This document shows, in pieces, positions 34,347 through 47,455 of a stretch of 64,000 bases of DNA. The position numbers and the translations under genes are program-made. Origin of the DNA: Vicugna vicugna (taxonomy: Eukaryota); NCBI GenBank assembly GCA_013265495.1, contig MU059903.1:434001-498000 (forward strand), written 5' to 3'. The notes under the pieces were generated by a model. The model was not told where the DNA came from and did not search any database. It saw nothing but the letters and a program-made list of their open reading frames with translations. How positions within the stretch are numbered: the stretch's first letter is position 1; every line of letters starts with the position of its first letter.

Positions 34347-36656
34347 CTGCCGGGATAGAGCAGACACGGCGTCACCGTCCCCATCAGAGGAGCCTCGACC
34401 CAACGCACACGCTTAGTTCTGCTAAAACCCTGCCGGTGAAACATGCCCCCACCACGGTTGTTATCGTTTCTCCTGCATCTCTGGCTCAGGCACTTGGCTT
34501 CCCAGCCACTTGGGCCGAGCAGGGAGCCACGGTCTCTGGTTCTGCTTCAGGTCAGGCCGAGCTCAGGTCAGGAGGAGCAGGGGCTGAGGGTCCAGATGCA
34601 GAAACTGCCAGGGGCCACATTCACCAAAGGTACTTCATATTTCTGAGACTCAGATACAGAACTTTGTGAAAGAACAGGTATTCCCTGCGCTGGGGAGGTG
34701 ATTCTCCCCAGTCCTATATTAATCCATTTCCTGGTGGTTTGGGGGGGGCAAAACTAGGGCCTGATCTCTGTTTTGGAAAAAAAAAGAAAAGAAAATTTCC
34801 CGGGACACAGTCAGGCCCATTCCTCTCAATGGCTGCTTTTGCATCACAGAGGCAAAACAGCATTGTAACATTTGCCTAAAAAGCCAAAAACATTAACTAT
34901 GTCTCTTTGCAGATAAAATCTGCCAATCCCTCGATAAGACATTTTCTCAGAAAAATCAGTTTTAATCAAAACAAAGTTATATGAATCTAATTCCTCAGAA
35001 GGATGTCATTAACGGAGCTTATATTCCTGGAAAACCCAAAAATATTCCATCCCACTGACAATTAAATGAGAAAATGTTGAATAAAATAAATAACTACTCA
35101 AAACCAACCAATGGCCTCACATTAGCCCAAAACAATAAGCATGCTTAACAGGAGAAAGAGCTGAGTGGCTCTGTGAGCAGGAAGGCTGAGTGAGGGCGTC
35201 ATTCCAAAAACTGAACAAGACTTGACACACGTGCTTGAAGGGGAAGGCCAGGCGCCATCTGGTGCTGCGTATCCCAGAAAAGCAGCAACAGACTGCAGCA
35301 TGTGTCCGTGTGTGTGTTTGCACACGTGTGTGAGCGTGCATGCATGTCTTGTGACTTCCTGTACAACCACCACGAGAAACGTTTTCAAACTAAACAATTC
35401 ACAAAAAGAGGAAATTATGCAAAATACCCCTTCCAGTAACACTGTCACATAGCATTGGATTTTGTTTCTCCTCACTTGAAACAGTCAGGAGAGGTACATT
35501 TTATGCTAAAGTTAGAGTATTATTCAAGCTGGACACAGCCCGATCACAGGGAGAATACATATGCCCCCAAAGAGAAACACCCGAAGAACACACAGCATTT
35601 CGAAAGCCAGTCTGTGAAGCAGCGCGCCCTCCAAGTGGTGGTGGCCAAGCACCAACTCCCTGCCACCAGAAAGCTGACCTTGCCTCTGGCTGACACGAAA
35701 AGCAACACGAGAGGCCCGGGTCCAGACACAGAGCGAGGTGCTACTCAACGTGAAGCTTTATAAAGGTTAGTTTCAGGCTGTTACAGACAATCTAAGCGAA
35801 CGGGTACGTCCCTTTCCTTATAAACACACACAGCGCATCTGTTCTTGGAATGAATTCAGTCCCATGAAAGCTGAGCATCTTCAGCATTTTTTTTGAAGTA
35901 TGAAAAAGTTATAGATGGACAGCCACTCAAAATGGAACATCAGCTGAAGCACAACAGCAGTTTTAACCCCAAACTGCTGGGAGAAATCAAGTAAGATGCT
36001 GCACCCTTGATCACCACGCTGCACCGCAGCCGCCCTCCCTGAGCTAGACTTGTCCCCGAGGACGGGGACCACAGAGATGAAAGAAGTGGCAGAGAAGTCC
36101 TAGTAAAGGTCGTAACAATCTGGTAAGGATGACAGAAGAGCCCACCAGCAGGAAATGTGGTGATCCTAGGTCACCTGTGAGAAGGGTGCCTGGTTCAACG
36201 CTGTTCAGTAAAGCTGATGAATGTGCAGGTGATTTGACAACACCCGTATCTTAAGCATGAATCCCAGTAAAGAGAAGTTTTAAACACTGAGACTATGGTG
36301 CTGATCTATTTTGAAATGTTTAAATATCTATAAAGTCAAAGAGCTGTTGAGTTTTACTAAGTAAAAGATACAGATTTCTTAAAGCCAAAACAACATGTCA
36401 AAAATTACATTTTAATGCCTTTGGCATGAATCTGGTCCTTTTCGTCACCATAAATATTTGTTTGGGTATTTTTTTTGATGGAATATAATAAATACAATTA
36501 AAATTCTCAGAAAAGCCTTCAACGGAAACACACGCCAAGTGCTTGGGTTTCTGCACCCACATACTGATTATGCTTGGAAGCACCTGACCACTTGCTGACC
36601 ACTGAACCAAAGGCTGACCCAGAGTGCGGAGGCAGGAGGCGTGCGGGAGCCCTTAC

Positions 36657-36796
36657 AGTATGAGACGGCACAGAGTGAGGCTTGATGGTGGGGTTTCCCA
36701 CAGATGTGACCTTCGTTTGCTTCTGCAGGTGGTCCACCCACTCGTGGAGGTCCTGCTGGTTGTTGCAGGACACCAAGATCCGCTCAATCATGCTCC
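36657..36796 (-). CDS. ARHGEF7: ARHGEF7 exon (G-SMIERILVSCNNQQDLHEWVDHLQKQTKVTSVGNPTIKPHSVPSHT): PH domain end
   Basis: Acceptor cttccag|GG, donor ACT|gtaagg, 140 nt. Confidence 0.96.
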
Positions 36797-36990
36797 CTGG
36801 AAGAGACACAGCTCAGGCTGAAACGGGGAAATGGGTGGAGCGAGCACCCATGCACGCGCCCCCGGGGATGACTCAACGACGCTTCGACACCAGCCTAGAG
36901 AGAGCCAGGCAGAGGCTGCACACAGCCAGGGCACTGCCTCTTGCCCGACAGCGTGGCAGGTGGCCCCCACGAAGTCTGAGCCTTCTTCAC

Positions 36991-37069
36991 CTGCTATTTC
37001 AAACGCGTTTCTATGATTTTCACTGTCCTCAAGCTTTGTGATCGTCATTCCTGTCGTTGGCAGCTTTCC
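36991..37069 (-). CDS. ARHGEF7: ARHGEF7 exon (GKLPTTGMTITKLEDSENHRNAFEIA-G): PH domain
   Basis: Acceptor ttttttag|GGA, donor GCAG|gtgaag, 79 nt. Confidence 0.96.
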
Positions 37070-37449
37070 CTAAAAAAGACCCCCCCCCGAAAAAAGTTAG
37101 TGCTTTCTAGGAAAGAAGGTACCCTTTCTAAAGTAAATATTAAATGCTTTTAGAAATGGCAGAGGAACTGTCTGTAAACCAAAAACACTCTTGTTTGTAC
37201 CAGATGCACGTATAATATGAACACCTCTACCTCAAATAAGAAATAAGTCACTACAGTTAAGAAACTGAGCCGGCAAAGAGGTACAGGGCAGCAAACTAGA
37301 ACAAAAATAAATTTCATCTGATGAGTTACTCTACACATAAACAGCAGAACATAAAAACATTACACATTATGATCTAAAAAACCCTATGCCTACAGTAGCT
37401 GTTTTAAAGGATGTTGTTTATGGAAAGGAGGCACAGCTCTGCCTGAAAG

Positions 37450-38110
37450 AAACGCAGAGGAAGGAGGGAAAATGAGAGGGGAACTGGAGCAAGAGGACTT
37501 ATGCAACAGTGGCATGTGGTCGTCCACCAGACAGGAAGTCAACAGGTGTGCTGAGCACCGCACAAAATGCAGAAAACCGCAGGCAACCGCCCGCTCCGAA
37601 AACGGGGGGCTCGGGAAGGGGAGCAGGAAGTGTCCAGGAAGAGAGATCCTGCGTGGGCTGCTCATAGGCCACCACAAACAGGGCAGAACTAAAACCAAGG
37701 CAGCAGACACACCACCCAGCCTTGAGGGAAAGTCTCCCAGGGCCTGGGCTCTGACATCTACCAGGAGAGCACGAGGCCGTCCCCCCGCACAGGCACCATC
37801 CAGCCCCGAGGACAACAGGGCTGAGAAGCCTGTCCTGAAGGTCAGAGGTGGGACAACGGACAGCAGCTGGCCCGCTGTGGTCAGATGCGGGACACTGCAT
37901 ACGCCTCCCCAGGAGCCCTGAGGCACAGAGGTGACCCTACAGAGAACAGAGCTGCGTGACTGCGTGTGACCCAGCAGCAGCACCACCAGAGGACAGGGTG
38001 TGCAGTCGTGGCTGGGTTCAGTGCTCTCTGATGTCCTTTAAGGCCAGAAAGAATGCTGGCAACACATGGACCATGTGTCACAGCACTGGAGAGAAACTGC
38101 CCAGGAAACT
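37450..38110 (+). mobile_element. Highly diverged L1 ORF2 (RT-region) fossil
   Basis: Purine-rich stretch with blocks such as aaagtctcccagggcctgggctctgacatctaccag and aacacatggaccatgtgtcacagcactggagagaaac, loosely colinear with the L1 ORF2 consensus. Confidence 0.4.
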
Positions 38111-39224
38111 GTGCGCCGGGTGGGAAACAGGGCCCTGCCCATGGCACGAGGGGCCTGGGCCTGCCCCAGATGGCACCCTCGGTTCCCTCGGTCAGCAGGG
38201 CCCTGGCTCAGCCTCCCGGGGTGCAGAGCAGGAAGGCAGGGAGCACCACCTGGAAAGGCCTCCGCATTTCGCTCTCCGGGGTCACCGAGGCAGCAGGAGC
38301 TGCCGGCTGGCGGGACCCAGGTCGGTCTCACAGACTGAGAGGCCCCTCTCTGGGCCCGCCCACGTGTCACAGGGGCTGCCCTGTCAGTACTGGAGGCCCT
38401 TCCGGAGTAACTGAGTGAGGACAGAGCCTCTCGGGCAGCACAGCTTTCCAGGCAAGTACCAGCAAGCACGGGCCCTCTGGACTCAGGACCCACGAGCGCT
38501 CCCGTCGGGGATGATGCAGACGAGGCGCCACAGCAAGTGTGGCGGCTGGCTGGTCAACCAGCACCTGGGCCTCATCAGGCCTTGAAAACTCGATGGGAAA
38601 GGCAGTGGCTTCTATAACAACACAGGAAAAAGGAGCAGACCTTGCCAGAAGCACCTGCGAGACGCGCAGAGAAAATGTAAGGCACTTAATGCCACATTTT
38701 AAATTAGCCTAGACGAAGATCTTCCGTTGCACTTCCTTCTAAAATCAGCTCGTGCATCTTCTCAAAGAAAATAGGAAAAATGATTAAAATTAGAAAAGGG
38801 TAAATGATCACCAGCCACCGCTCACACCACCTGGCATCTGCGCGCTGACCCTCGGCCGTGCACTGCTCACACCATCGGGCCGCGCTCAGGCCAGCCCCAC
38901 CAGCCGCCGGGGAAGAAGGGGCGACTGCAGGACCTGCTGCAGGTGGGGATCGAGCTGGCCTTGCCCCTCCGCAGTCTGTGTCCGCAGGGCTAGCTCTACA
39001 AATGTCACTTGTTTCCTTCTTTTTTTGCTTCGGATTAACACAAGGGTCAATTTGCGGTCACATCGAAACACAGACAGGAGTGGCATGTACGTACTTGAAC
39101 GTGACACCACACATGTAACACGGCACGTAACACACGGACAGGTGGGGTATTTAACTCAAAGATTCAAAGCAAGCCTGGAAATGATTTTCAGATTCACAAT
39201 AAACAAATTTAAAATGGATTTTAC

Positions 39225-39311
39225 CTGATATATAAAACCACTCATCCTAGGACTGGCAGACAACATTAGCAAAATATTTGGGAAGAGTAGAAGGTATCTT
39301 TCATTCTTTTC
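39225..39311 (-). CDS. ARHGEF7: ARHGEF7 exon ([29 protein letters not shown]): PH domain
   Basis: Acceptor catcag|GAA, donor CAG|gtaaaa, 87 nt. Confidence 0.97.
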
Positions 39312-40391
39312 CTGATGTAAGAGAACAAACAAATTCAAATAATTTTATAAAAAAACACATTTACAAGTGTGACAACAAATATTTATATTAGGCCTTATGA
39401 AACATTATACCATAATTCCTGTTTAGATATTTCTCTCTACCAAATTTTATTATCTAAATTAAATGGAAACAAACTTACGATAAATTCTTAGACTCACACA
39501 CAGATCATGTAATCTCTTTTTATAAAATTTGGTTAAGGAGTTCAGCTCTGCCATTAACTCCAAATTAGTCTAAAGTTTTCTTTCTGTGGGTGACAGAAAA
39601 TGGAGGAAAAGATCCTATAAAATTTCAGTGGGAGCAGGGGTCCAGGTGGACCCTAACGCTGAAATCAGTCTCAGTCCACTGACAGATCCTGGCACCAGCC
39701 TAAAACCGCAACACGCCAGCTCAATGTTGCTTCCATCCATCCTGTGGACTTTACCCAGATTATGTGAAAGACCTGGGCATTTGATCAGGGCAGCGGACCA
39801 GGACGCCATCGCAAGTTCTTCTGAACCGACGGAACCCAGAGAGGGAGCATCACTTTAAACTTTGACAGGCAGGAAGGAATGTGCCTTGAGAGTTAAGTTT
39901 CAGCTTTCTGACCAGCCCAAGAGTCTCATGTTTGAAAATGCGTCATTAGCATATTTTGATCGCAGTAATTATTCTCCTCAAGGATGGAATAAAACGCAAA
40001 AAGAGGTACTTGCCTATTGACCCAATTAACATGTAACTCCCAGGAATAGTGAGGCACAAACTGCTCAGTTTGCACGGCGTGGGGCTACTGTCACAAAGAT
40101 CTGGTTTCAGACCCGTTAAATGTCATCATCATTTGACCTTCCTTTAAACTTTGCTGAAACATGAGCATGAAAACGTAACATTCTACAGAATTTACAGTTT
40201 TGACTGTGGCTGAGGAATCCTAAAAAGCATTTAGAAAACAAATTACATTTAATACAAGTTATGTTTGGCTCTTAACTCAATTTTTGTCCCAGGCTCTGAA
40301 TGGCTTCAGGAACGCAAGTCAGAGAGGGGCGTGAGAGCAAAGCTCGGCCAGCACAGGGGCAGGTGCCTCGTGTCCCCGTGCCCCAGCATAC

Positions 40392-40538
40392 CTCGCTCCC
40401 GGCACACTGAATCAGGACCTGGGACATGTAAATGACGCTGCCCAGGGTCTTGATGTCGTCCCCCTCCCAGCTCCGGATGGCCTCCGTCAGGATCTGCAGC
40501 TCCAGTTCTTTCCGCTTCCGCACCTCCTGGCACTGGGC
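40392..40538 (-). CDS. ARHGEF7: ARHGEF7 exon ([49 protein letters not shown]): DH-PH junction
   Basis: Acceptor ttctcag|GCC, donor GAG|gtatgc, 147 nt. Confidence 0.97.
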
Positions 40539-41251
40539 CTGAGAAGCACAGGACGGCGCTGGTAAAGCAGGAGACCAGGACTTGTGGAATCTTGTGTGCT
40601 GGCCACACTGCTTTGTGTCTTACCTCTTCTCAAGACAGGTAACCTACTGAGCAACTTGTGTGACTCACAGGCACGGAATCAAGTCAAGAGAGACAACACA
40701 CACGAACAGCTCTGGAAGGACAGACACTATGCAGAAACCAGAGCACATCTTGCCACTGTCAGAAGAAACGTGGACTGGACAAGAAAAGTATTTTCTGATC
40801 TATGAGTGAATGCCAACAGAGAAGACTGAGATGGGTCAGCACCACTTGTGCTATAAATAAGGCATGTGTTGCAGAAAACACTGTCAGGAAGACAGATGAC
40901 AACAGATGAAAAGACCCGCCGGGACCCCACTCCACACTGTGTCACTAAAGACACAGGGTGGTGGTTAAAAACATGTTCTAAGCCATTCCTAAGTAGCTAT
41001 GGCACTGTTTCAAAACTTAAACAATTATCATCCCATTTGTCTGGTGTCCACAGTCCAGGAAAGCATGAGAGTTTGCAGCCACGGAATAACTACTACAAAG
41101 CTGTTTTCATTCCCGAGTGAACCCAGGTTCTACTTCACAAGTAAATTTTCATCATCTAACTTGAGGTGACAAAACTAATTTTCTGCCTTCATTTGCCATA
41201 ATAATGTCTGAGGGAAAAAGAAAACTTAAAACAACATGCTTCATCACTTAC

Positions 41252-41311
41252 GGAAAGGTTTTTGAAGGCGGTCATAGATTTCTGAATGTCTTGTCTATCT
41301 GGATGATAATC
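41252..41311 (-). CDS. ARHGEF7: ARHGEF7 exon (DYHPDRQDIQKSMTAFKNLS): DH domain
   Basis: Acceptor tttaaag|GAT, donor TCC|gtaagt, 60 nt. Missed by the ORF track. Confidence 0.96.
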
Positions 41312-41926
41312 CTTTAAACAAAAGAAGCACACCGTTAGCTCTCATAGTGAAAAGGTCTTTCTTAGAAAGGCGCTCTGTGGACTAGCTCAAACCTTCCCAG
41401 TATTTTCAACATGTAACCTGCCCGATTCTTCTCTGCATTAGAGGACCATCTGTCAGTCTTCAAGAGAGTCATGGGGCTGATGGACAGTAATCTGGAAAAG
41501 CTGGCACCCCCACACCCACTCGTCACAGAAGGGCAGAGGTGAGCAGCCATGAAGGAAACCAGATGGCCTGCCTTTTGGGAGAAAGCTCGCTGCACCCTAG
41601 GCAAGCCAGTAACCCAACCCCAGCTGTCTCCCAGGCCCACAGTCGCTGGCAGAGAGCACGGTAAATATTTATCATCAGTAGAATCTTTTACTACTGTTGC
41701 TCAACAACTCACGCACTTGACACATACAGACGGCTGTTCCCGGAGGACTCCAGTGCTGTTTATAACTCAGCTTAACATTTCCCAGGTTTGGAAGTCCCTC
41801 TACCAGCAGGGGTGGATGAGGCAGGAGACAAAGGGGCACACAGCCACCCTCAGAGCTGGGCCAGGGAAAACCGTGTGGTACTCAGCAAAACCACTCTGGA
41901 AACCCATGGCAGCGGCTCGGGGGTAC

Positions 41927-42065
41927 CTCCATGTGTCTCTCCAGCTCCTTGAGCAGCGCAGGGTACTTGTCCAGACGCATGAACGGCTTGCTGAGGCCGG
42001 TGGTCAGCACGAGGATGCCCGGGCTGCTGGCGCCCTTCATCTCCATGAACTCTCCCAACTCCTCA
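41927..42065 (-). CDS. ARHGEF7: ARHGEF7 exon ([47 protein letters not shown]): DH domain
   Basis: Acceptor ggcag|T, donor GAG|gtaccc, 139 nt. Missed by the ORF track. Confidence 0.96.
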
Positions 42066-42964
42066 CTGCCACAGGCAGCGAGGGGAGAGAAGAGGCCACC
42101 GTTAGCATTCAGAGGGACACGCCCCTACCCCCCAACCCCGGGTCCGTGGACTGCGGTGGGGGCTTGGACATCTCGGAGACTATAGCTTTCAAAGCCGACC
42201 ACGTGCTGGTTGTTTCTAACCCCAAAGGGGAGACCCCAGGAGGCTCATGTTAACGCCCCCACCAAGAGCAAATCCACGTGTGCACGACAGAGAACGCCTG
42301 GTTTGCTAGGTAACCCTGCATGTAGGCTGGGACGTGGGGAGGCACACAGCCTCGGACCCTCGTCACCTTACTGGGAGGAACAGCACAAATGGAGCCGTAA
42401 AATAAACCCCCAAGTTCCGAAGAACCGCTGAGCCCGCCGCCCCTGGGGCAGGTCCCGAGTCCGCCTCACTCCTCGACCCCCGCCCCGCTCACCTGGCCCC
42501 CTGCCCAAGCACCCTGGGCACAGCAGCCACAGGGAGGGCTCCTGGTGGAAATACGTAAGGTGCGCAGGCCAGACCGTGGGAGACGGCTGGTTCAGGGGTG
42601 ACTGGCCGTTCCTACAGTTCAACCTAAAATGACTTCCCGTGGGGCTGTGAGCAACGCAGCGGGCGCCCCCTACCTCTGACCCCCCACCCCTCCACCACCT
42701 GACCCCCCACTGAAGGCACTCTACTTAACTAGATCGACTTAGAGACACAAGATCTCAAATACCAGGTTGAAAACTAGTGAGTGGCTGGGAAACGGGCCTT
42801 GCAGTCTGGAGCGCGCCAGCCCCCAGTGCAGACTGCTCCTGCCTGGGCTCAGGCGGAGGGAGGCTCGGCGTCTGGCCGGGGAGGGGGCGCCCTGCCCCTG
42901 ATGCCAGAGGGCGGCTCCAGGCTGCGCGACAACACAGCAACAACGTGGCCAACAGCCCCTGCTG

Positions 42965-43001
42965 CCCGCCCACCTACCCACCCACCCACCCACCCACCTA
43001 C
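42965..43001. repeat. Imperfect (CCCA)n microsatellite
   Basis: cccgcccacctacccacccacccacccacccacctac. Confidence 0.85.
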
Positions 43002-46000
43002 ACATATACACATATTTCTTTCAAAAAATTTACTGTTTTAATAAATGTATGTACATACTCGGGTGATATTACCAAATCAGAGCAAATTATAAAAAGGGAA
43101 ATTTTCCACAAAATCCTAGTTACAGCAACTCAACACATACAATAAACACGTTCTCATCCCCATCAGCAGGAAGGCTGCCTGTGAGGCGGCCCGCGTGCCG
43201 GTGCGGTCTGTTACCGCAAGGGCTGCCAGGCTACCTCTAGGGTCCCGTGTGGACACATGCTCGCAAAGACGACACGTGACCCAACGTCTCTGTGCATGTA
43301 ACTGTGCTCTCGAAGACTGGCTTTCCTGGGAAACCACAGGGCGGGGACGATGAAGCCAGGCTCAGTGATGCTTTAGGACTCTGTCACGGGCGAGCCGGTG
43401 CTGACCAGGGCGGCATCCACGGGCCGGTCTGCACAGTTACACACTCGACCATCTCCCTGCCTTTCCCCTTCCTCCCGCAAGAGATGGGCAGGTAACTGCA
43501 GGTGCTCCAGGTCTGACCCTCAGGGCTGCCCCCTGGCCCATCTACCCTGAGCTCAGGGACAGGGAGACAGACAGACAGGAGCGGCCGTCAGGAGGAGGAA
43601 GGGAAGGAGGCAGCCCACCTGGACACGTGCCCTGCACCAGGCATCAGAGCAGAAGCTTCCATGCGTCTCCGCAAACACCACCCGGGCCTGCGACGCGGAT
43701 CACCGTGTATTTGTGCAGAAGAGACCGCGGGCGAAGGCCACTGCCTCCATTCCCACCAGTCAACCCAAGTGCGGCCCCGGGACCCCGTGCCCGTTGGCCC
43801 CTCCTACCCCGCTCTGCCGCTTATGTGTGTTCATTCACAAGTGCCCACCTCTTCGCGTTACTCACTCCTCCAGCCCCTGACGTCTGCATACCGTGAAATG
43901 GTGAAATGATGGATTTAAGCAGGGAACACTTACATTTTACTGGCATTTCTCTAAGTGCTGAGCAACTGATCAAACACAGTCCCATAAAAATGGAAGTTAA
44001 TGGTTCTAACAGCACATTTCGACTCCTTTAAATATGATCCCATTGGGCCTTTTCTACCACAAGCAAAATCTTGAAAGATTCCTTGGGTCATTTTTGATAT
44101 TTCCACATTATATCTGAAATTGCATAACTATATAGTTATGGCAGAAAAAAATTAACAAAACAAAGAAAATTATACTCATCACTCCCCCCCAAATCCCTTA
44201 CAACTAAATATCTATGTGGAATTTCTGCAAGCAAAAGTAACTTCTATAAATATCAACATGACACTTTTGCAATGCTAGACACGTACACAGTTAAGGAAAC
44301 AGAGCTTTTTATAAATCTTTATAGACCACTGTATTTTGTTCCATTTTTTTTCAGTTTTAAAAAAAAAAAATGCCACCATAAAAAAACAAGGCGAAATAGC
44401 TGGTTACAGCTTTTTCGACAAAACAAAGGCCCTTTCAGCTTAATTTCTACTGATGCTGGCAACCCCAACACGGGGTGTTTACTGAGATGACACCATCGTA
44501 AAGCGCCGTCTCGGAGCCAAGCAAAGAGCGACACCAGCGTGCCAGGGAGAGTGAACCTCGCCCTACGCTCTAACTTATGAACCATAACTCACTCAAGACA
44601 GGCAGTCAGGCCCCCGGGCTGGCTACCACCGCGTGACAACGCAGAAGCACACCTGCCGTGATTCCAAGGTGCCCCCTCCAGGCTCACACACAGACCTCAA
44701 GCCAACAGTGCAGGGGCCAGGAGACCGCAAGTAAGGCAAAACACTACACTTGATTAACCCTTAAAAAGTACGTTCAAGCAAACAAACAAAAAAACAGATT
44801 AATCCACCCGAGTGTGACAGTCTTCAGACTTCAGCAAGTGTGAGGAAGCGGGAAAGAGGTTACAGGTTAAGATCCCACAATAAGTAGCCAATGCTGACAG
44901 AGGCTGCCAGCCCTGCCTCACTGCACAGACTCCCGCTTTGGGCAGGGGCGTCTGACTTGCTGACGGGGCAGGCCCTGCGCTGCCCGGACAGCCTCCTGCC
45001 CCTGGGCACACGCTCCCAGAGCGCGACCGCCGTCCTCCCCACTCCGGGACACGCCACGGGAAGGAGACGCGGGGTCCCCACTCAGCACGCACCTGCGCTC
45101 ACTCCCTGGCATTCTGGGTTTCAGCTACGACACCAACAGCCATCCGAGGAAAACGACGGAAGGCAGGCAAACCGCACATGCCTGCAAGCGCTTCCTTGGC
45201 AACCTTAACGTCTTAGGCAACTTCAGCAGCCCGAACTGCTTTAAATGTCACCCTCAGGACATGTCTGCACTTCCGCGTCCCCCAAACTGCCCACCCACCC
45301 CAGAGGACCAGTCCCCGACCAGAAAGGGGGAGGAGAGAAAAAGCAAGAGGTCCCGCAGTTCGACCCTAGCTTTCTACTTGTTGCTTACCACTCCCCACCC
45401 CGGCCGTTTCAACCATCCCCGAAGAATCTTCAGACACAAATGAAATCCCTGCACTTCACTGACGCGGAATTTCCACGTAACGTGTCATTCCGAGGAGCAC
45501 AGGCGCTGAAGCGCACGCCCGGACACGTGCCTCACGGTCTGAGAAAGGTACACGCCGACACAGCCCACCTCCAGAAAGCCAAGGAAAAGCTCAAGGATGC
45601 GGGGGGGGGGGGTCCTTTGCGTTTTTCTGGATCTGTGGTCACCGTGTATCCTAATCTCCCTTCTTTCCATCACTGTGACTTTCATCAGAGACTGCTGGCT
45701 TCATTCCAGGACTGGAGATGCTTTAACGCAAATGGAGACACCAGAGATGTTAATGCTTCAGTATCTGAGTGCTCTGAGAAACCACGAGCGCCCGGAGTCG
45801 GAGGGGCAACACACAGATAGGATAATGAAGTCATCCGCATTTGCTGAGCCTTCACTGAGCTTCTCCGCTCTGACCGGACCACGCGTGTTCGGCCTCACAC
45901 TTACAACACCCTCTGCACAGGTGCCTCCCAAGGAGGGAGCTGAAAGCAGGGAAGAGATGCGACCTCCCCGAGGCCCAGCGGCTACAGGGCTCAGGCCGGG

Positions 46001-46910
46001 TCTGTCTGACCCAGAGGCCCTCCCACCACGACCACACGACCCGGCCACGCTCAGGGGTACGCTACACTGGAACCTCAGCTCAATTTACGAACAGCTCAGC
46101 AGCGCCTGCTCACCAAAGGAACTTCTAAGTTTGAAACGAAAATCATTAGTTAAGAGTAAGTTGAAGTCAAATGTTTAAATCAGAAGCACAGTGGCATTTA
46201 CCTTGATGCTACTAACATAGTTTTTCATTTATGGCTTTAAAATTTCTTGAACTGCTCTTTTCAAAAGAAACCAGAAAAAACATTCTACAACACTTACTAA
46301 TACAAATGTGTGCCTTTCTAGAAGCAGAAACAGCAGTCCAGCGCTTTCTGACACCCACAGGGCCCCTGCCCCGCTGGTCCGCCCTCCTTCCCAGGGCGGC
46401 CCAGCAAACACACATGGCCGTGTTCCCGAATGGACACTGCTTCCCCTGCTTCAGTGCTGCTTCAGGGTGAAAAGCTAAAGCTAACAGTCTCCAGCCTGGT
46501 GCCTTCCAATGAGACCCAGTCCTCAGTGTAGCGGGGCCCTCCCTCCCACAGCACATCTGACTTGCCTCACTCGCTCGTTTCTCTCCACCAAGCTGGACTC
46601 AGCCCGCTGCCACCTTTCAAAATACTCGCCAGCTGGTCCAGCCCCCGGCCGGAGGTCCGCAGGCTGCAGGGGACACTTCACAACACACCCTTTTCCATTA
46701 CAACAATACTGATCAGGGGTTAAGAGACTTCTTACCGGCACTTCTCAGGCACTAACTTTGACGGTAATTAAAACGAGCCTCACTGAATGAACAAGTGACT
46801 GTCGGCACCGCACCTCCAGTAGTGTTTCACAGAAGCAGCTGCCCTGGACGGGGCCCCGCGATGCCCGCCAGCCCGCCCTCTCGATGGTGACGCGCTTCCA
46901 TGAGACCCAC

Positions 46911-47033
46911 CTGTGCTCCGTAAGGACGCTCACTGCCGACGGGTGGTTGGCGCAGTACGCAAGGTACAGGGTCTTCATCTGCGGCATCAGGTTTAGAAAG
47001 CAGCCTCCGACTCTCTGCTGAGCTTCCGGCACC
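46911..47033 (-). CDS. ARHGEF7: ARHGEF7 exon ([42 protein letters not shown]): DH domain
   Basis: Acceptor tctccag|G, donor CACAG|gtgggt, 123 nt. Confidence 0.96.
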
Positions 47034-47378
47034 CTGGAGACACGCAGCACAGGGGAAGGCACCCTGAGTGCCACGACAGCAGGGCAGCCCACCACTGCTA
47101 ACGCGGAGAATGCGCGCAAGCGAGCTTGTGGGTCACCGCCACGCAGACGGGGCGGCAGAGCATCAGGCTGTGGCTGCTCTGCCATGAAGCCGGGGGCAGG
47201 CGCCGGCCTCGGATGCCCGCCTGCCGCTGCCTCCCCTCCAGCGTCCAGATGCAAGGGCCTGTGCCCAAGCCCAGACTTCCTGCCTCGGGCAGTGAGGAAG
47301 CAGGCGTGGTGAAGCCCAGCCTCTGCGTGAGAGCGGGACCCCAGGGCCCCACCTCCAGCAAGACCTGACACAGGTGCA

Positions 47379-47455
47379 GGCGGCACTGGCCTGACGTCAG
47401 GTGTGGTCTCGTCACTGCCCTGACGACAGGAGGGGTCACTGTGGCCTGACGGCAG
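47379..47455. repeat. Degenerate ~26-bp tandem repeat, 3 copies, each carrying TGACG
   Basis: gcactggcctgacgtcagg / gtcactgccctgacgacagg / gtcactgtggcctgacggcagg. Confidence 0.65.

Noticed and set aside
35300-35346. Alternating purine-pyrimidine tract with TGCATG (Z-DNA or RBFOX site)
   Set aside because: Short and interrupted, about 1 kb from the nearest exon. A single motif is not sufficient evidence.
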